Of a stretch of 64,000 bases of DNA, positions 1-12,895 are shown in pieces. The notes below the pieces were generated by a model. It was not told the DNA's origin, ran no database searches, and was given only the letters and a program-made list of their open reading frames with translations. Numbering within the stretch: the first letter of the stretch is position 1; each line of letters starts with the position of its first letter. The translations under genes and the position numbers were made by a program. The stretch is from Lepidodermella squamata (lineage: Eukaryota; Animalia; Gastrotricha), in contig JBLDXI010000066.1 in assembly GCA_047495785.1 (NCBI GenBank), forward strand, positions 62,001 to 126,000. Direction: 5' to 3'.

Positions 1-32
1 CTTAATAAAAATTAATTTTCAGAATATCTTAT

Positions 33-254
33 AGCGGAACCAAATTTTGGATTTAAGCCAAAGGTCACTTTTCGAATTTCTCTACGAAACTAAAGCAATG
101 TATGAATTTAATAGTGAAGAATGCGTCTCATACAGAATTCTACGCTGAATTTAAAGATGATTTATTTTAAATTATGAAGATCAATCATAACTTCCTTAAA
201 AGTTACGAAAAATGGTTCTTACGCCCATTGAAAATTCCGAAATTTGGTTCCGCT
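33..254. mobile_element. Small MITE-like inverted-repeat element
   Basis: agcggaaccaaattt (from 33) is the reverse complement of aaatttggttccgct (240-254); non-coding interior. Confidence 0.5.
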
Positions 255-670
255 GAAAGTAAGACCCATTAATTTTTTTGAAAAATTGCAAACAATATTC
301 AAGAGTCGAATAAAGATAGAGAGATAGTGAGAAGATTTTCTTGCAAGTTTACGGATAGAAATAACGAGAACATAGGCTTCGGAGCTTTGGAGGTCTTCGT
401 GCGAATTTAGAGCGGCCGAGGCGACATTCTATACGAGCTTATTAATTCTATAGCAGCCTATATAGCAGCCTATTACAGACAAAAAAATAAAAATAATGAG
501 CGGATAAAATTGGCGGCTACATGTGTAACACTGTTAAAGCCAACATTTTTAAGCATCTACAAATAATTAAAAAATATATGAAAATTTGAAAGCGAAATAT
601 GAATTACTGCGTTTTAGACGAGTGTTAGAATTAGGCCACGAAAATATAGGTCCAGACGTTAGGTCCAGAC

Positions 671-705
671 CATAGATAAATAAATATGGCATCTATTTAT
701 CTATA
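671..705. mobile_element. P-element excision footprint / minimal relic
   Basis: catagataaataaata (first 16 bp of the TIR at 5274) + tgg + catctatttatctata (degenerate right TIR end), flanked by gtccagac (663-670) and gtcccgac (706-713). Confidence 0.7.
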
Positions 706-1883
706 GTCCCGACTCCAGACTGCAACCAATTTCGTTCTATTTTCTATTTTTAGAAGATTTTGGCCGTTGGACGCAATTTTCGTCGCACCCACGTGATCAG
801 ATTAGCAACGCAGGCTTGAAAGCAGTCACGTGCAGTGGCTGCTAAGAACTCGAATATTTCATTTATGTGGAAATGCGCCATCTGATCGAGAGAACAAAAA
901 GTCGGAGCTCGCAACTATTAGACCATCAATATGTTTTCAAAAGAAGATGCAACCAAGTTTTTCCGCTTGTCATCATGCTTTGAGATGCTTCGGTTGCAAT
1001 TTAAAGACTCGGCTCGAACCGGCGGGCCGGGCCGCCATAATCAAAACGAGGCCTGGGTTAGCCCGGTTTTGGCCGCGGTTAACCATTTAATCGCTATGTA
1101 TTGAAAAATTCGGAAAAATCGATCAAAATCGATAATCGATAATTTGGTTAACAGGAATAGAACAGAAAAAATAGATTAGAAATTCGGAATCGGCGCAACA
1201 TTTTACCTTAGCATCGACTTCCGTTATTCCAGGGTTCGAATTCCTTGAAAATCTAAGGAAATTCAACATTTTGTTAAATTGAACCGACCGAGAGAATATT
1301 CCATCTTTTATACGTGATTTAACCGAAGAAATACACAATTTAACCGAAGAAATACACAATTTAACGGAGAAAACCTGGAAAACCCCGATGGTAACTGATT
1401 CGGTAATTTTCGGTATTTTACCCGGTTTACCAAATTTCCGGTGATTTTTTTAATTTTTCTAAAAACTTTCTGGCCCTGAGATGTGACTTCGTCTCTCATT
1501 TTAGAGTTTCTGAACCCTTTTTCGTGTTTTTTTTTTGCTTGCGTTACTTTTCATGGGACACGCTGTTGTAATCACGTTTATTCAGGTAATACAATTTATC
1601 ATTTTTAAATATTTTTATTCAACAGTTTCTAGGGTAGTTTTTGGGCTGATTTCAAAGCCGAATCGATCTATAGTTTGTTCGGGCTAGTTCCAGGCGTTTC
1701 AGTTGCAGCCGTCGATTTCGGGCACGGCGTCGTCGATGGAGCTGTGTAGGCTGTGACTACGCCGCGGGTGAGAGAGCGAACCCGGAAAAATAGTGCATGG
1801 CTTCAAGTATCGACGAGAAATGATGAGTCTGATGAAGATAACATTGGCGGCTACATGTGTATGAAAAAAAATGAAAAAAGTTA

Positions 1884-3812
1884 GGTCGTGGCTAACAACA
1901 CCCCCCGTAGTGGGTGTCAATAAGTGACTATTTACACCCACTGGGTGTCAATAACTTGCTATTTACACCCAGTGGGTGTCTAATCCTTGCTATTTGCACC
2001 CACCTGCTGGGTCGCGTTAACTTGCTATTTACACCCACTGGTTTTACCTTAGTTTTAGCTCAGAAAACAGTAAAAATTCAAGTTTTGAGGGTAATAAGGC
2101 ATTAATGTTCATGAGAAATTGCGTTGCGGTGTTGAAATGGAAATAGCCTTAGTATTTGGACCATTATGAGCCCAACATAATTTGTGATTTTCAGCTTTCA
2201 TAATATCATTTCAAGTGAAGTTGAGCTATTATGTATGTGAGTAATTGGCTTTCCAAATCTGCTTTCCACATAATTATCTCAGCGACCAGCATCATTCACT
2301 GCTTCGCGATTCCGTTATCTTGACGTCAAAAATCACATACACGTAACACATCGAGAGGAAGCAATAACCCGTATTGCCGGTTTCTTATTACATGCGATTA
2401 AATCAAAGTTTCGCAAGTATAGCCGAAATTCATAATGTCAACAAAAAATGAGAATCGCAGCATCAAACAGCTAGAATATACTGGCATAAGAAGTATCATA
2501 GATTTGCATGAATTTCGGATTTAAGTTCTTGACATTATTACACCAATTATCGCGCTGTTATAATTGCTGCCACAGTGAAATTAGTCAACAAAAACCTACA
2601 TTGGATTACAGACAGTGAATCAAAGAAAATAACATTGCTCGTGGGCAAAGCGAACAAGTTTGTTAGAGCCGAAAACACATTTTAAATGAGGCGGTTTCGA
2701 GACTTTCAATATTGCGCGGCTAACCCAGCTTTTATTCGCCGAAAATTCGCCAGGGATCAAAACGTTTTGGCGGGGTCATTGGTCAGACGTTTTCTCGATC
2801 AAAAATCGGTAAAATCAATATCTATATTCCAGGGTTAGGGCAGTTTCGGAAACCTTTTCAGAGAAAAATAGAGGAATTTTAAGAATTTTTGCTGAAAAAT
2901 GATGCGCATCACGTGAGACTTGAAGTCATAGAGAACATAAGTAAAAGATGGGAAACTCACGCTAGAAACTTGAAACATGAATTCGAAGCGCTTTTCTTTA
3001 AGCAGGACCTTTTCACAAAATGCGCACAAAATGCGCACTCTGCTCGCGCAAACCCACCAATTTTGGGCAAAGCTTTTCTCTGGTTGTACTACTTCAAATC
3101 GGACTCCCCTTTTTATGGTGAATAGACCTGATTTTGAACTTTAGAATTACAAAACGAATTACAAAACGCGATACCGAAGCGCTAGCGAGCTCGCGCATTG
3201 TTATTGTCGTTGAATAACTCGGATTTGGGTTGTTTATTTTTTAGTTTCAAGATGATGTAAAAATTGCGTCAAATCGAAGCGAAAAACGCCACCTTTTACC
3301 TGTCACCCATCACCTTAAAACTGAAGTAAACTAAAAAAGCCTAAATCCGAGTCATCATTCAACGACGCTAACGATATGGCAATGCGACAAATAATTTCGC
3401 ATATTTGGAAACCAGATGCCTATAGAGCTGTTCGTAAATTTATGAAGAATTATCAATGAGAAGAAATCGTAACCTAAGTTAAGACGGATGATGATTGAGG
3501 AGTTTTGAACTAATGTTAGATATGAAACAGGTACCACTTCCTGCTACAGGCATGTATCACATGGACTCTTTGAAGATGGACGAAATTTATCGCAATAACA
3601 AACAAAACCAAAACGATAACAGTCTGTCTGAAAAGACAGCTTAAAATCATAGCCACCTTGTGTAAATAGCTGAAGATTAGCTATAAACTGGTGGGTGTAA
3701 ATAGCAAGTTAATGCGACCCAGCAGGTGGGTGCAAATAGCAAGTTATTGACACCCAGTGGGTGTAAATAGTCACTTATTGACACCCACTGGGGGGTGTAG
3801 ATAGCCACTTCC
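1884..3812. mobile_element. Non-autonomous Mutator/foldback-like element
   Basis: GG...CC termini; ~130-160-bp TIRs made of tandem gggtgtcaataa..gctatttacaccca units (1884-2045 vs 3685-3812); 9-bp TSD aaaaagtta at 1875-1883 and 3813-3821; no long ORF. Confidence 0.8.
3208..3376. mobile_element. MITE family A copy nested in the Mutator-like element
   Basis: cgttgaataactcggattt ... aaatccgagtcatcattcaacgacgctaacgata; same family as 13613-13805, 46005-46200 and 55514-55771. Confidence 0.65.
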
Positions 3813-5273
3813 AAAAAGTTAAGCATCTAAAAAATAATTGAAAAAATATTAGGGCGACCTGCCTTATGTCGAAGGTCTAGCTTCAAATGAAAAATAAGTA
3901 ATAATTCGGAATTACTGCTTTAGGCGTGTGTAAAAATTAGACCACGAAAATGTCAAAGTTATAGGCGATAGACTCCAGCCTATTAGGTAAATAAACATGG
4001 TATTTATTCATCTATTGTCGCGACTCCAGACTGCAAACAATTTCATTCTATTTTCTATTTTTATAAAATTGTGGACAACGGACAAGATTACCGTTGCGCC
4101 CACGTTCGGAGCTACAATGCAGGCTTTCAAGTCGCACGTGTAGGGGTGTGGCTACAGAAATGCGCCATCTGATCGAGAGAAAAAGGAGTAAAAGCTCACA
4201 ACAAGCATCAGACCCCAAACAAGTTTTTTGCTTGTCATGCTCATCAGCCTGGTTGTCCGTTAACAAGCGGGCCGCACGAAACCTGGAACCTACTTTGAAA
4301 TTATTGGGAAAATATATTTTTATTCAATTTTGTTTGGTTTTCCGGCACCTCTAATGATGCCTGCGCGATACAGCTTGCGGTCTCATGATCGCTGTTCGAC
4401 GGAGCCTGAGATTGATTTATTCGGATCGCTACCTCGCGAAGTTATACTCAAAATTTTCCTAATTCTCGACGCCCGTGATCTCTTTATCGGCTGCGCAGGG
4501 GTGTGCAAAAGGTAAAAAAATGATTTTCCCCGATTTAAAAAAAGCAGGTTGAACTCCGTATGGTATCACGCGTAATATCACCCATAGTTTTATCATGAAT
4601 TCTTTGAATTTTAGGAAAATAATGGAAATTTTTACAAATTAATTATCGATAATTCCGAAAATTCATTTTTACGGGCGAAAATCAGGTCACAACGCACAAA
4701 ATATTGCAGGATTTCGGCTTATTATTTTTGATATTTTTTGTCAGGTCGTAAAGCCAGTACATTTTTTCATCAATTGATCAAAATTAGACCAAAATTTCAA
4801 GCACGAAAGGTGAAGGGAAGATAAGGGAATTGCCGCTAGCCAACATTATTTTATTGATTTTTACAATTTCATTGATTTGCAGGAAAAATCGTGAATCATT
4901 TAATAACCAGTTTACTAAATATCAGCAATTATTATTTTTTTTAGATGGCATGATTTCTTTTTATCCGACTGGTTTTTCGAAGCCTTCCTACGCTGTGAGT
5001 TCGGCAACGAATCCGTAAACGAATTCCAGCAAAACTCAGCCCAGGAAAATCCGATCGCGGCCTTCAAATCCGCCTTACAACAATGCTCGATATTTAAACC
5101 TCGAGGCTTTCTACTCGCAGCTAAGGAGTCTCATCGCTGCGAAATCGACGTTAAGTTATTCAAACGAATGTCTGTCGATCAATTCGTTTCACTTCTACCC
5201 AGCGATTTCAGGGTGAAACTGTTAAGAATCGGCTACGTCTTCGCAAGAGATGACGAAGCTTCTCACTGGTGGC

Positions 5274-8200
5274 CATAGATAAATAAATACAGTAGATCTG
5301 ACACGCTAGTACATTTATGTGTGCCGAGATGACTCATCACGATTTTTTGCTTTTTGGGTCGCGTGCCCCAAGAAATCACTTGATGATGGTAATAATCTGT
5401 GTACGGCAAAAAGTGAGCAGCTATCAACTGAAAAAGGTTGCCTATTTTGAAATTGAAAAATCTCAAAGAGCGTCATAACCGATTTGGCTGAAAAAATTCA
5501 CGGGCACAGGTAGGGTGTTCAGCTTCATTTTGATATAATTTTTAGAGCCGGCAACCTCACCGTTTTCAACAGGAAAAATCGCAAAATCTGGTTATTTTTG
5601 AGTGATAAAATGGAGATGAATCAGCTAATTATCGGCAAAAAGCGTCGGCCACCGTCGACGTGACCTAAATTCGGCGCGATAACGATCATGTTACGACAAT
5701 AAAAAGCTGAACCTTTTTATGACATTTTGAAGACAAAGTTTTTGGTAGCTTCATTTCAAAATTTTACATGGCGAATTTTTCAACACACGTATCCCATCAG
5801 TCAAATAATTTTAAAATAAAAATATATTTTTTATCACTGTAATATTTTTTTGTTTATTTAACGGTTGTTATATTTAGGTTGATAATGGTTCGTGAGATTA
5901 TCATATTTAAAAAGGATGATATAACGAGTGAAGAGGTTTTAAAATTCTACAAAAGCAGTGAATCTAAACAAATTTCTCAGATTCATGCCTGGTTTGAAGG
6001 GCGAATGATCGATCCTGACGACCTCGAGAAAAAGCGGCTTCAATTTTTGAATGAATCTAGAGCCTTCGCGCTGGAATGGGCTAAGGTCGGTGGTAAAAAA
6101 CGAGCTGGTTTGAGAGGAAAACTGTTTAGCTTTAGTGTCACCGGTCTCGCATCAGTCTCGCAAGGTTCCAGCTCTCCTGTGACCATTCCAGGTCCAAAAA
6201 AGCGATCGATAGAGTATCTCCTTCGAGAGAACAAGGCTCTGAAAACCAAGAATCGACGCCTGGAACTGAGCAATTCGCGTCTCGCAGATGATGTTTCCGG
6301 AATAGTGATAAATTACGACAGGGTCGCTGACATTTTGGGACAAGAGCCGGCTACGCTGCTCAAGGAATTTATGCAAAATGCCGCAATTTCTGCTAATAAT
6401 CATCGATATTCCTCGAAGATGAAACAATTATTCTGTGGACAGTATACTATCTCCCCTCAATCGTTGCAAGTATTCGAAAAGATTTTCCCGAACTCGGTTC
6501 CAAGTCGGCGTACAGTTCAACGGTGGCTGGGCGGCATGGATGTTGAACCGGGCATCATTGATATGGCCATCTCAATCATTTTGAAGGTTGGCAACACTCG
6601 TTTAACTATTAAAGCGAGATTTTATATAATAGCATTAGCTATCAATTATGAAATGTTATGTAACTATCGCTTCTTTAGGTGGAACCATTTGGCTAACATT
6701 ACCTGTGTGGTCATATTATCTGCTATTTATTTATTTTTATATTAGATCGCCGCTATCGACGAAAAATTCGGACGCGACTACGTCATCGCTATCGATGGAA
6801 TGGCAATTAAAAGCTTTCTGGACTATCACATCAACTCGGATAGAGTGAATGGCTCAGTTACGGTTGGCCAATTACTTGCCCATCTTGCGGCTGTCAAATC
6901 CCAGGAAAATTTGCCTGCTCGTGAAAGCATTGTCATCCACGCTATCAACTTAGCCGGTGGACTGGATTTACCAGTCGGCGCGATATATCTGAATAAAAAT
7001 AACTCAGAAATTCAGAAACCTTTCTTGGAACTAATCATAAGACGATTGGACGAGGCGAAGGTTACGGTTCACGCCGTAATTGTTGATGGTCTATCGGTCA
7101 ACGTCAGTACTATGAAGCAACTCGGCGCCGAAGACAGCATTGATGGATCCAACTTATTGAAGATCGCGGCAGCAGATGGTCGCGAGATTCCAGTATTTTG
7201 GAACCCTGACCCCACCCATTGCATCAAGTTAATACGAAAAATATTTTTCAAGAAAAGTCCGCTCAAGTTCGACGACTTGGATGGAAAAACATATGTCGCT
7301 GACGTAAAATTTGTTCAAAAGCTGATTGAACTTCAAGATAGCATGCAGCTCTCGCTGGCTAATTCGTTGTCCAAAAATCATGCTGATTGGGAAAAATGGC
7401 CAATGAAGTTCAAGTATGCCATCCAAGTTTTCTCAATGAGTGTCGCTAAGGCACTAAAGTTTCTTCGAGTCGATGCTAAACACGCCAGTTTCAAGGATTC
7501 CGAAGGTACGGAGGTACTGCTCATGATAATCAACGACTGTTGGGACTGCCTTAACCAAATATCCACCAGTGACTCGAACCCGCTCAAGCGGCCCGTTACT
7601 CGCGAGTCATTCCAGTCCTGGCTCGTACCATTGAGTAGGGCTCAGCGCGCTCTCGAAACCTTGCGCGACGTTCGTGGCAATTATATCAAGGATGGTAAAT
7701 CGAAGCGTGGCGTCATCGGCTTGCACGTGGCTGTTGAGTCGACCAAAGGAGTGGTCAGCCGTCTTTTCGAGAACCCGAACTTCAATTTCGTCTGCACTTA
7801 TTATCTGCTACAAGATAGCCTCGAATTGCTCTTCTCATATCTACGGCAATATAACGGCTTCGCCCTTAATCCCTCAATTCCCGGACACCTAGCCGGTATT
7901 CGAGCCTACATCATCCAAGGCTATATTGACATACAAGTAAGTACTTTCTCTTTCACCTAGTTTAATTTATGCCCGGCAAGTTTCATGGAAGATGAAGCAG
8001 ATGTGGATTTTGAATTATATGATTTTTAAGGAATTTCCTGTAGTAAAATTATCTAAAATATTTTCTTAAAGATTGAATTGAAAACTATTTTGAATGAGAA
8101 GAAATTGAGATTTTTGATCAACGAGCACATATCAGAGAATTCAAAAACTTAAAATAAAAACCAGCATTTAATATTGATTCAAATATTCTTTTTAGAGTAA

Positions 8201-9615
8201 TACTAACGTTGTCAAGCGCGAAGCCATGAGGCGCCTGTCGGCTTTCACGATTTTCGACTTCCAACGCGAAAAACGCGATAACGACGAAGATGAGGCCGAT
8301 GCAAGCCCTGCTGAGGCGGCACGTATCCAGGAAATACAGGCAAAAATGATTGCGGCTGACAAAGCTGAGGCTACTCTCCAGGCCATATTGAAGGAGGAGC
8401 TGGTAGAATCATCGCCGAACTACACTATGATCTTTGTCGAGGTTAATGTCATTACGTATGTCGCTGGTTTCTGCGTTGACCGTTTGAACGACAACGAGCT
8501 TACGTGCGAGTCATGTAAACGCTCCCTGATAGGTTCCCCCGGTCGCATCGTGTGCCTTTTCACGCGAATGAAAAAGTACACCGAAAATGCTCGCTTGACT
8601 CACCCGTCAGATGCTGTAGTCATGTCTGTTCGAGCCGTTCAACAAGTCGTGAAGCATCATAGCGGTCAACTGGTGAAATTTTCGTGCCCTTCCTTAGCCG
8701 CTTCAACTTTGGCTATGCGCTACCTGGGAGATGCGAAAAACGAAATTCTCGCCAGTTTATGCCAGTCGGATCGGCTGGAGCCTGGATTTGCCCCACATGC
8801 TGTACAGCTGTTACGTTCGATAATGAACTGCGCTGCTAGAGTGTTTCTCAAGCGCTATGTCAAAGATATTGCTCCTACGCGGCATCAACCGACCAAATCG
8901 CGAAAGGCCCCTCAGAATCAGGGTATATAAATTCGTCCCTCTCCTCCATTCTCGATCGTTTTGTTATCCTTTCAAAATCCTTTACTGTGATGAGAATCTA
9001 TACTGTTGTTGTTGTTGAACATTTTCAAAGAAAAATGAGCTATCAGTATTACTTGCCATTGTATTTCGGCTATATGACGACTGAGACGAGTGATAATAAA
9101 GACATTAGTTTTTTAAATTGTTTTAACTTGATTGAATATACATACGGCGGCGATAAGAAAGGAATTATTTTGTGCGCGAAATGTAAGATTGGTAAAGTAA
9201 TTTACTTACTTAGAAGCGAATCCAGCTTGAGCTGAAGTCACATCCAGTATGAATCATTAAAGTGAACTTGCGATTACAAAAAAATCCTTAAAAAGTAGCA
9301 ATTTTTGAAAATTCATAGAAAATTACTGGAAAGGTTGCCGCCCGTAAAATTTTTACTAGCTTATAGAGGAGAGCTCCCATAATCGGTGGCCAAAAATTGA
9401 GCCAAATCGGTTATGACGCTCTTTGAGATTTTTCAATTTCAAAATAGGCAACCTTTTTCAGTTGATAGCTGCTCACTTTTTGCCGTACACAGATTATTAC
9501 CATCATCAAGTGATTTCTTGGGGCACGCGACCCAAAAAGCAAAAAATCGTGATGAGTCATCTCGGCACACATAAATGTACTAGCGTGTCAGATCTACTGT
9601 ATTTATTTATCTATG
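5274..9615 (+). mobile_element. P-superfamily DNA transposon, full length (4342 bp)
   Basis: CAT...ATG termini; matching 216-bp TIRs (5274-5489 and 9400-9615); 8-bp TSD ctggtggc (5266-5273 and 9616-9623); internal transposase. Confidence 0.95.
5885..8930 (+). CDS. P-element/THAP9-like transposase (exons ~5885-6586, 6746-7936, 8196-8930)
   Basis: Motifs PSRRTVQRW, IDGMAIK (D1), IVDG (D2), DPTHCIKLIR (DxxH), QDSLELLFSYLRQ (E), and C-terminal YVAGF..CESC..LTHPS; exons join in frame. Confidence 0.9.
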
Positions 9616-10421
9616 CTGGTGGCTAATTGATCTCAACAAAATGGCCGGAAATCTAGGTCATGACCTGTTTCGCTGGCTAAAAATGCCAATTATCGCCGAC
9701 GGCCTGCAAGAGTACGACTATGACCTAGTTTTGCCGCACGTGGCCTTTTATGACAAGGCCGTGCAACTGCTGCGCATCGACTGCCATGATGACTACAAAT
9801 TTCCGGTTCGCTTTGTCGTCGATCGCAATAATGTGCCGGATGAAACGGCGTTCATGGCCGTCGGGCCGTGTGATGCGTTCTTCCTTAAAGTTGTGCTTCC
9901 TAGTCAGCTGAGCCGATTTATTGCCGACTCAGTCGCTGCTACAAGGGAGAATTCAGTTCAATAAAAATGACAAATTGTATCCTGATTTTTTGCCTAATTT
10001 TAAAATTAAGCCAGATTTAACTTGAAATCAAAATGATTGAATTAAAAATAACGCGGAGCCTATATCGATTCCAATTATCGATTTTACAAATCAGAGTGAT
10101 TTTCCCGATATCAACCGGCTTGGACCCCAACATCGATAATTTTTCTAAATAGATAGGGGCGTGATGTAGCTAAAATAAGATAAAAATACCAATTTCAGAA
10201 TCAGTATCGATCAACAAACCAAAAAGCTGATTATCGATTTTGAAATTCGTTTGATTTTTTTATGTGCATTTTTCTGTGCAGCTCGCTTACAATATTAGAA
10301 GGTCAATCAAGTTTGGTTGAAAAGTCATTAAAAGTTGAAAATTATCCTGCGAAGCCCAAAGTCATCACCCCTTCAACTTGAAAGATTTATTTTATCTTTT
10401 GAAAAAATTTCCAATTTTTGT

Positions 10422-12895
10422 TCATACACATGGACAAAGGCGAGCCGGGATTTCGGCCTCAAAACATGTTCTGTCTTTGCTGATCGGTTCGAAAAAGCTC
10501 AAGCCGCGCTGTTTGACACTGATTTCCGGCTCGAGACCCGCCAAATCCAGCATGGTTTCATGCAAATCGAACGGCGTTGTTAGCAACCGACCCGCCGTTC
10601 GAAAATTCTGCATGTGCGACTTGTATTTATGCCGGAACCATAGCGGCAGTGATATCGACAGCATTGAAAGACGTTCGGCATCGCTGTTTTTAAACGCACT
10701 CCGGTCGGAGAATAAAATTAAGGCGGAATTGTTTAAAATTCCTAATTTTTCAAGGCGGCGAAATTCGGAGAATAGCGATAAATCAATTTCTCCTCGATTT
10801 TTGTCATTAGCTTCGATTATGAGCAAGGCAAATTTTTGGCCCACTTTTTGGTAGCTGTTGAATAATTGGCGGATTAAACTGAGCTGTTCGTCGATTTTTG
10901 AGGTTGAGCCGTAGCACGACTGATTATCACCTTGAGTCGCCAGGCGGAAGTAACGCCCGTCGTAGTCGACTTCTTTCGTTAATTTCGGATCAATTTCGCC
11001 ATCGATTAGAGTTACATAACCAGTTTCGGAGCTTAATCTGTCCCAAATCGGTATCGATTCGGTTATGTCGATATCTAGGTCATTTCGAAAGGCTGTCAGC
11101 GATGAAAATGCGTGCAGTGACGTTGAGTCGTCGAAGCCAACGAGGCTGTAGCCTTCGAAAAATTCCGAGTTCAAATTTTCGGTCATGAATTTTGCGGTTA
11201 TAGGCAGTTTCGTGTGAAAATCGCTTCGAGACATCGATTTGACGCAGATCATTATGATGTTCAACTGCTCGTTGAATTTCGCTGAAATCAGATAAAAAAG
11301 TCAATTGGAATGAGGTTTTCTGAATTTTAAAGAAAATTCAAAATTTTCAAAATGCTGATGACATTTATTTGAAAAATCCAACTTGATCCAACTTGAAAAC
11401 ACCAAATATCCAACTTAACGGTGAAATTTTGCAATGATTGAGGACATTTTGTCTACCAATTTTTGTTCATTTTTTCGAACATTTTGATGTGGTCCTCGAA
11501 CAAAAATCGCGTCCTGGGGCTTGTTTTCCGAAATTAATCAATTAATTAATTGTGTAAAAGTGTTTTTAGTGTGACCCCGATTTTAGGGTGAACCGGGTAA
11601 AATACCGATAATTATCGAAACAGTTACCATCAGGGTTTTCCGGGTTTTTTCCGATAAAGATGGAATTTAAATTTTATTCATGTTATTTCTAAATATCATA
11701 GGTTTAATTTAGAAAAATAAGTCGAATTTTCTACGCAGAATAGTCAAAATAAAAAAACTGCGCAGCTTCTGGACACGCACTACAACGTGTCCCAAAGAAA
11801 AAAGAAACGGATCAGAAAATCTAGAAAATGAGTGGTGAAGTCATATCCCATGGCCAGAAAAATCTTTGAAAAATTTAAGCGCCATCAGAATGGTAACACA
11901 GTTTTTCCTCACTTAATAATGGAATTAACGAATGCGAAGAAATTTGGTGGGTAAAAACCGGGTAAAATACCGAACATTTCCGAACCAGTTACAAACGGGG
12001 TTTTCCGGGTTTTCTCTGGTCAGTTTTTCTTCGGTTCTTTCGTTTTGAGATTTCTTCGGTAAAATCGTGGATAAATAATGGAAATATTCTCCCAGGAGGT
12101 TGAATTTCGTAAAAAAAAAAAGATGGCTCTGAAACATTTTTTTGACATTTTTTTAATGAAATTTCAATTTTTATGCAAAATAACTTGAAATTTCGAAAAC
12201 ACGAAATTTTGGGTAATTGAATATTGGCAATTAGCCAAAAATGAAGACCTAAGAAACGTAGATTTACCTATCGATGACGGGGCAAAGTTTTTGACGCGAT
12301 CCGAGACTTCGATCCGGTTCGTTACGCACCGCATAACTTGCTCGAAAACAACCGTTTGATCGTTCCGCGTTTTCGGCATCCCAAACGCTAATGATTTCTC
12401 GCGACAAACCACCTTAAAAACACCACTCCTGCCACTCGGACACAACGATCTGCCATTCGGCAACGGCTGAGACAGTTGTTGTGCTCGCGTGCCAAATTCT
12501 ATTCGATCAACAAAATGCGATCCATTTTTCGCGATTAGAATCGCCTCTTCCAACTCGCAGTGGCGATTCGGCTTAAAGTCCGGAAAATCAACATGAATCG
12601 ACCCGTCGCGAACATAAACCGGGCTCTTGTTAAACGACGAGCAATTAACTGCCCGGTAATTGCCGGCCGAATTTCGCCCAGATTGCGTTACAGACCAAGA
12701 AAATCGCGGTAAAACACACGGCTGACGGCTGAGATTTCGGCCATTTTTCGTTATCAATAATTCATCGTTATCGCCATCAGCATCAGGTGAGTTGTAATAA
12801 TTTCGGCCAGGCTGATATTGGTAGACAATGACGATGAGAATGACGTAAACAACGGGGAAGATGCCGATGAAACGTGCGATGAGCCGAATTTTCAT
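10422..12895 (-). CDS. DUF229-family type II membrane protein (alkaline phosphatase/sulfatase-like fold); exons 12895-12268 and 11281-10422
   Basis: N-terminal TM; NIIMICVKSMSR..F...LP; ERL..LSISLPLWFR, RLLTTPFDLHETM and RGLSFF..I..DRTC.EA.IP..LCPC match the DUF229 C-terminus; phase-1 splice is in frame. Confidence 0.8.

Larger units (their letters stand above)
4354..9964 (+). pseudogene. F-box protein gene interrupted by a P-like transposon (exons 4354-4511, 4945-5273 | 9624-9964)
   Basis: F-box motif LFGSLPREVILKIFLILDARDLFIGCAGVCKRW spans a GT-AG intron. Removing 5274-9623 restores the frame ...DDEASHWW-LIDLNKMAGNLGHD... to the stop at 9964. Confidence 0.8.

Noticed and set aside
1900-2045. 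Regularly spaced ~30-bp repeats resembling a CRISPR array
   Set aside because: There are no unique spacers, the repeats are mirrored at 3685-3800 as transposon TIR subrepeats, and the context is eukaryotic.
5263-5466. Identical 67-aa ORFs here (-) and at 9423-9626 (+)
   Set aside because: By-product of the inverted terminal repeats.
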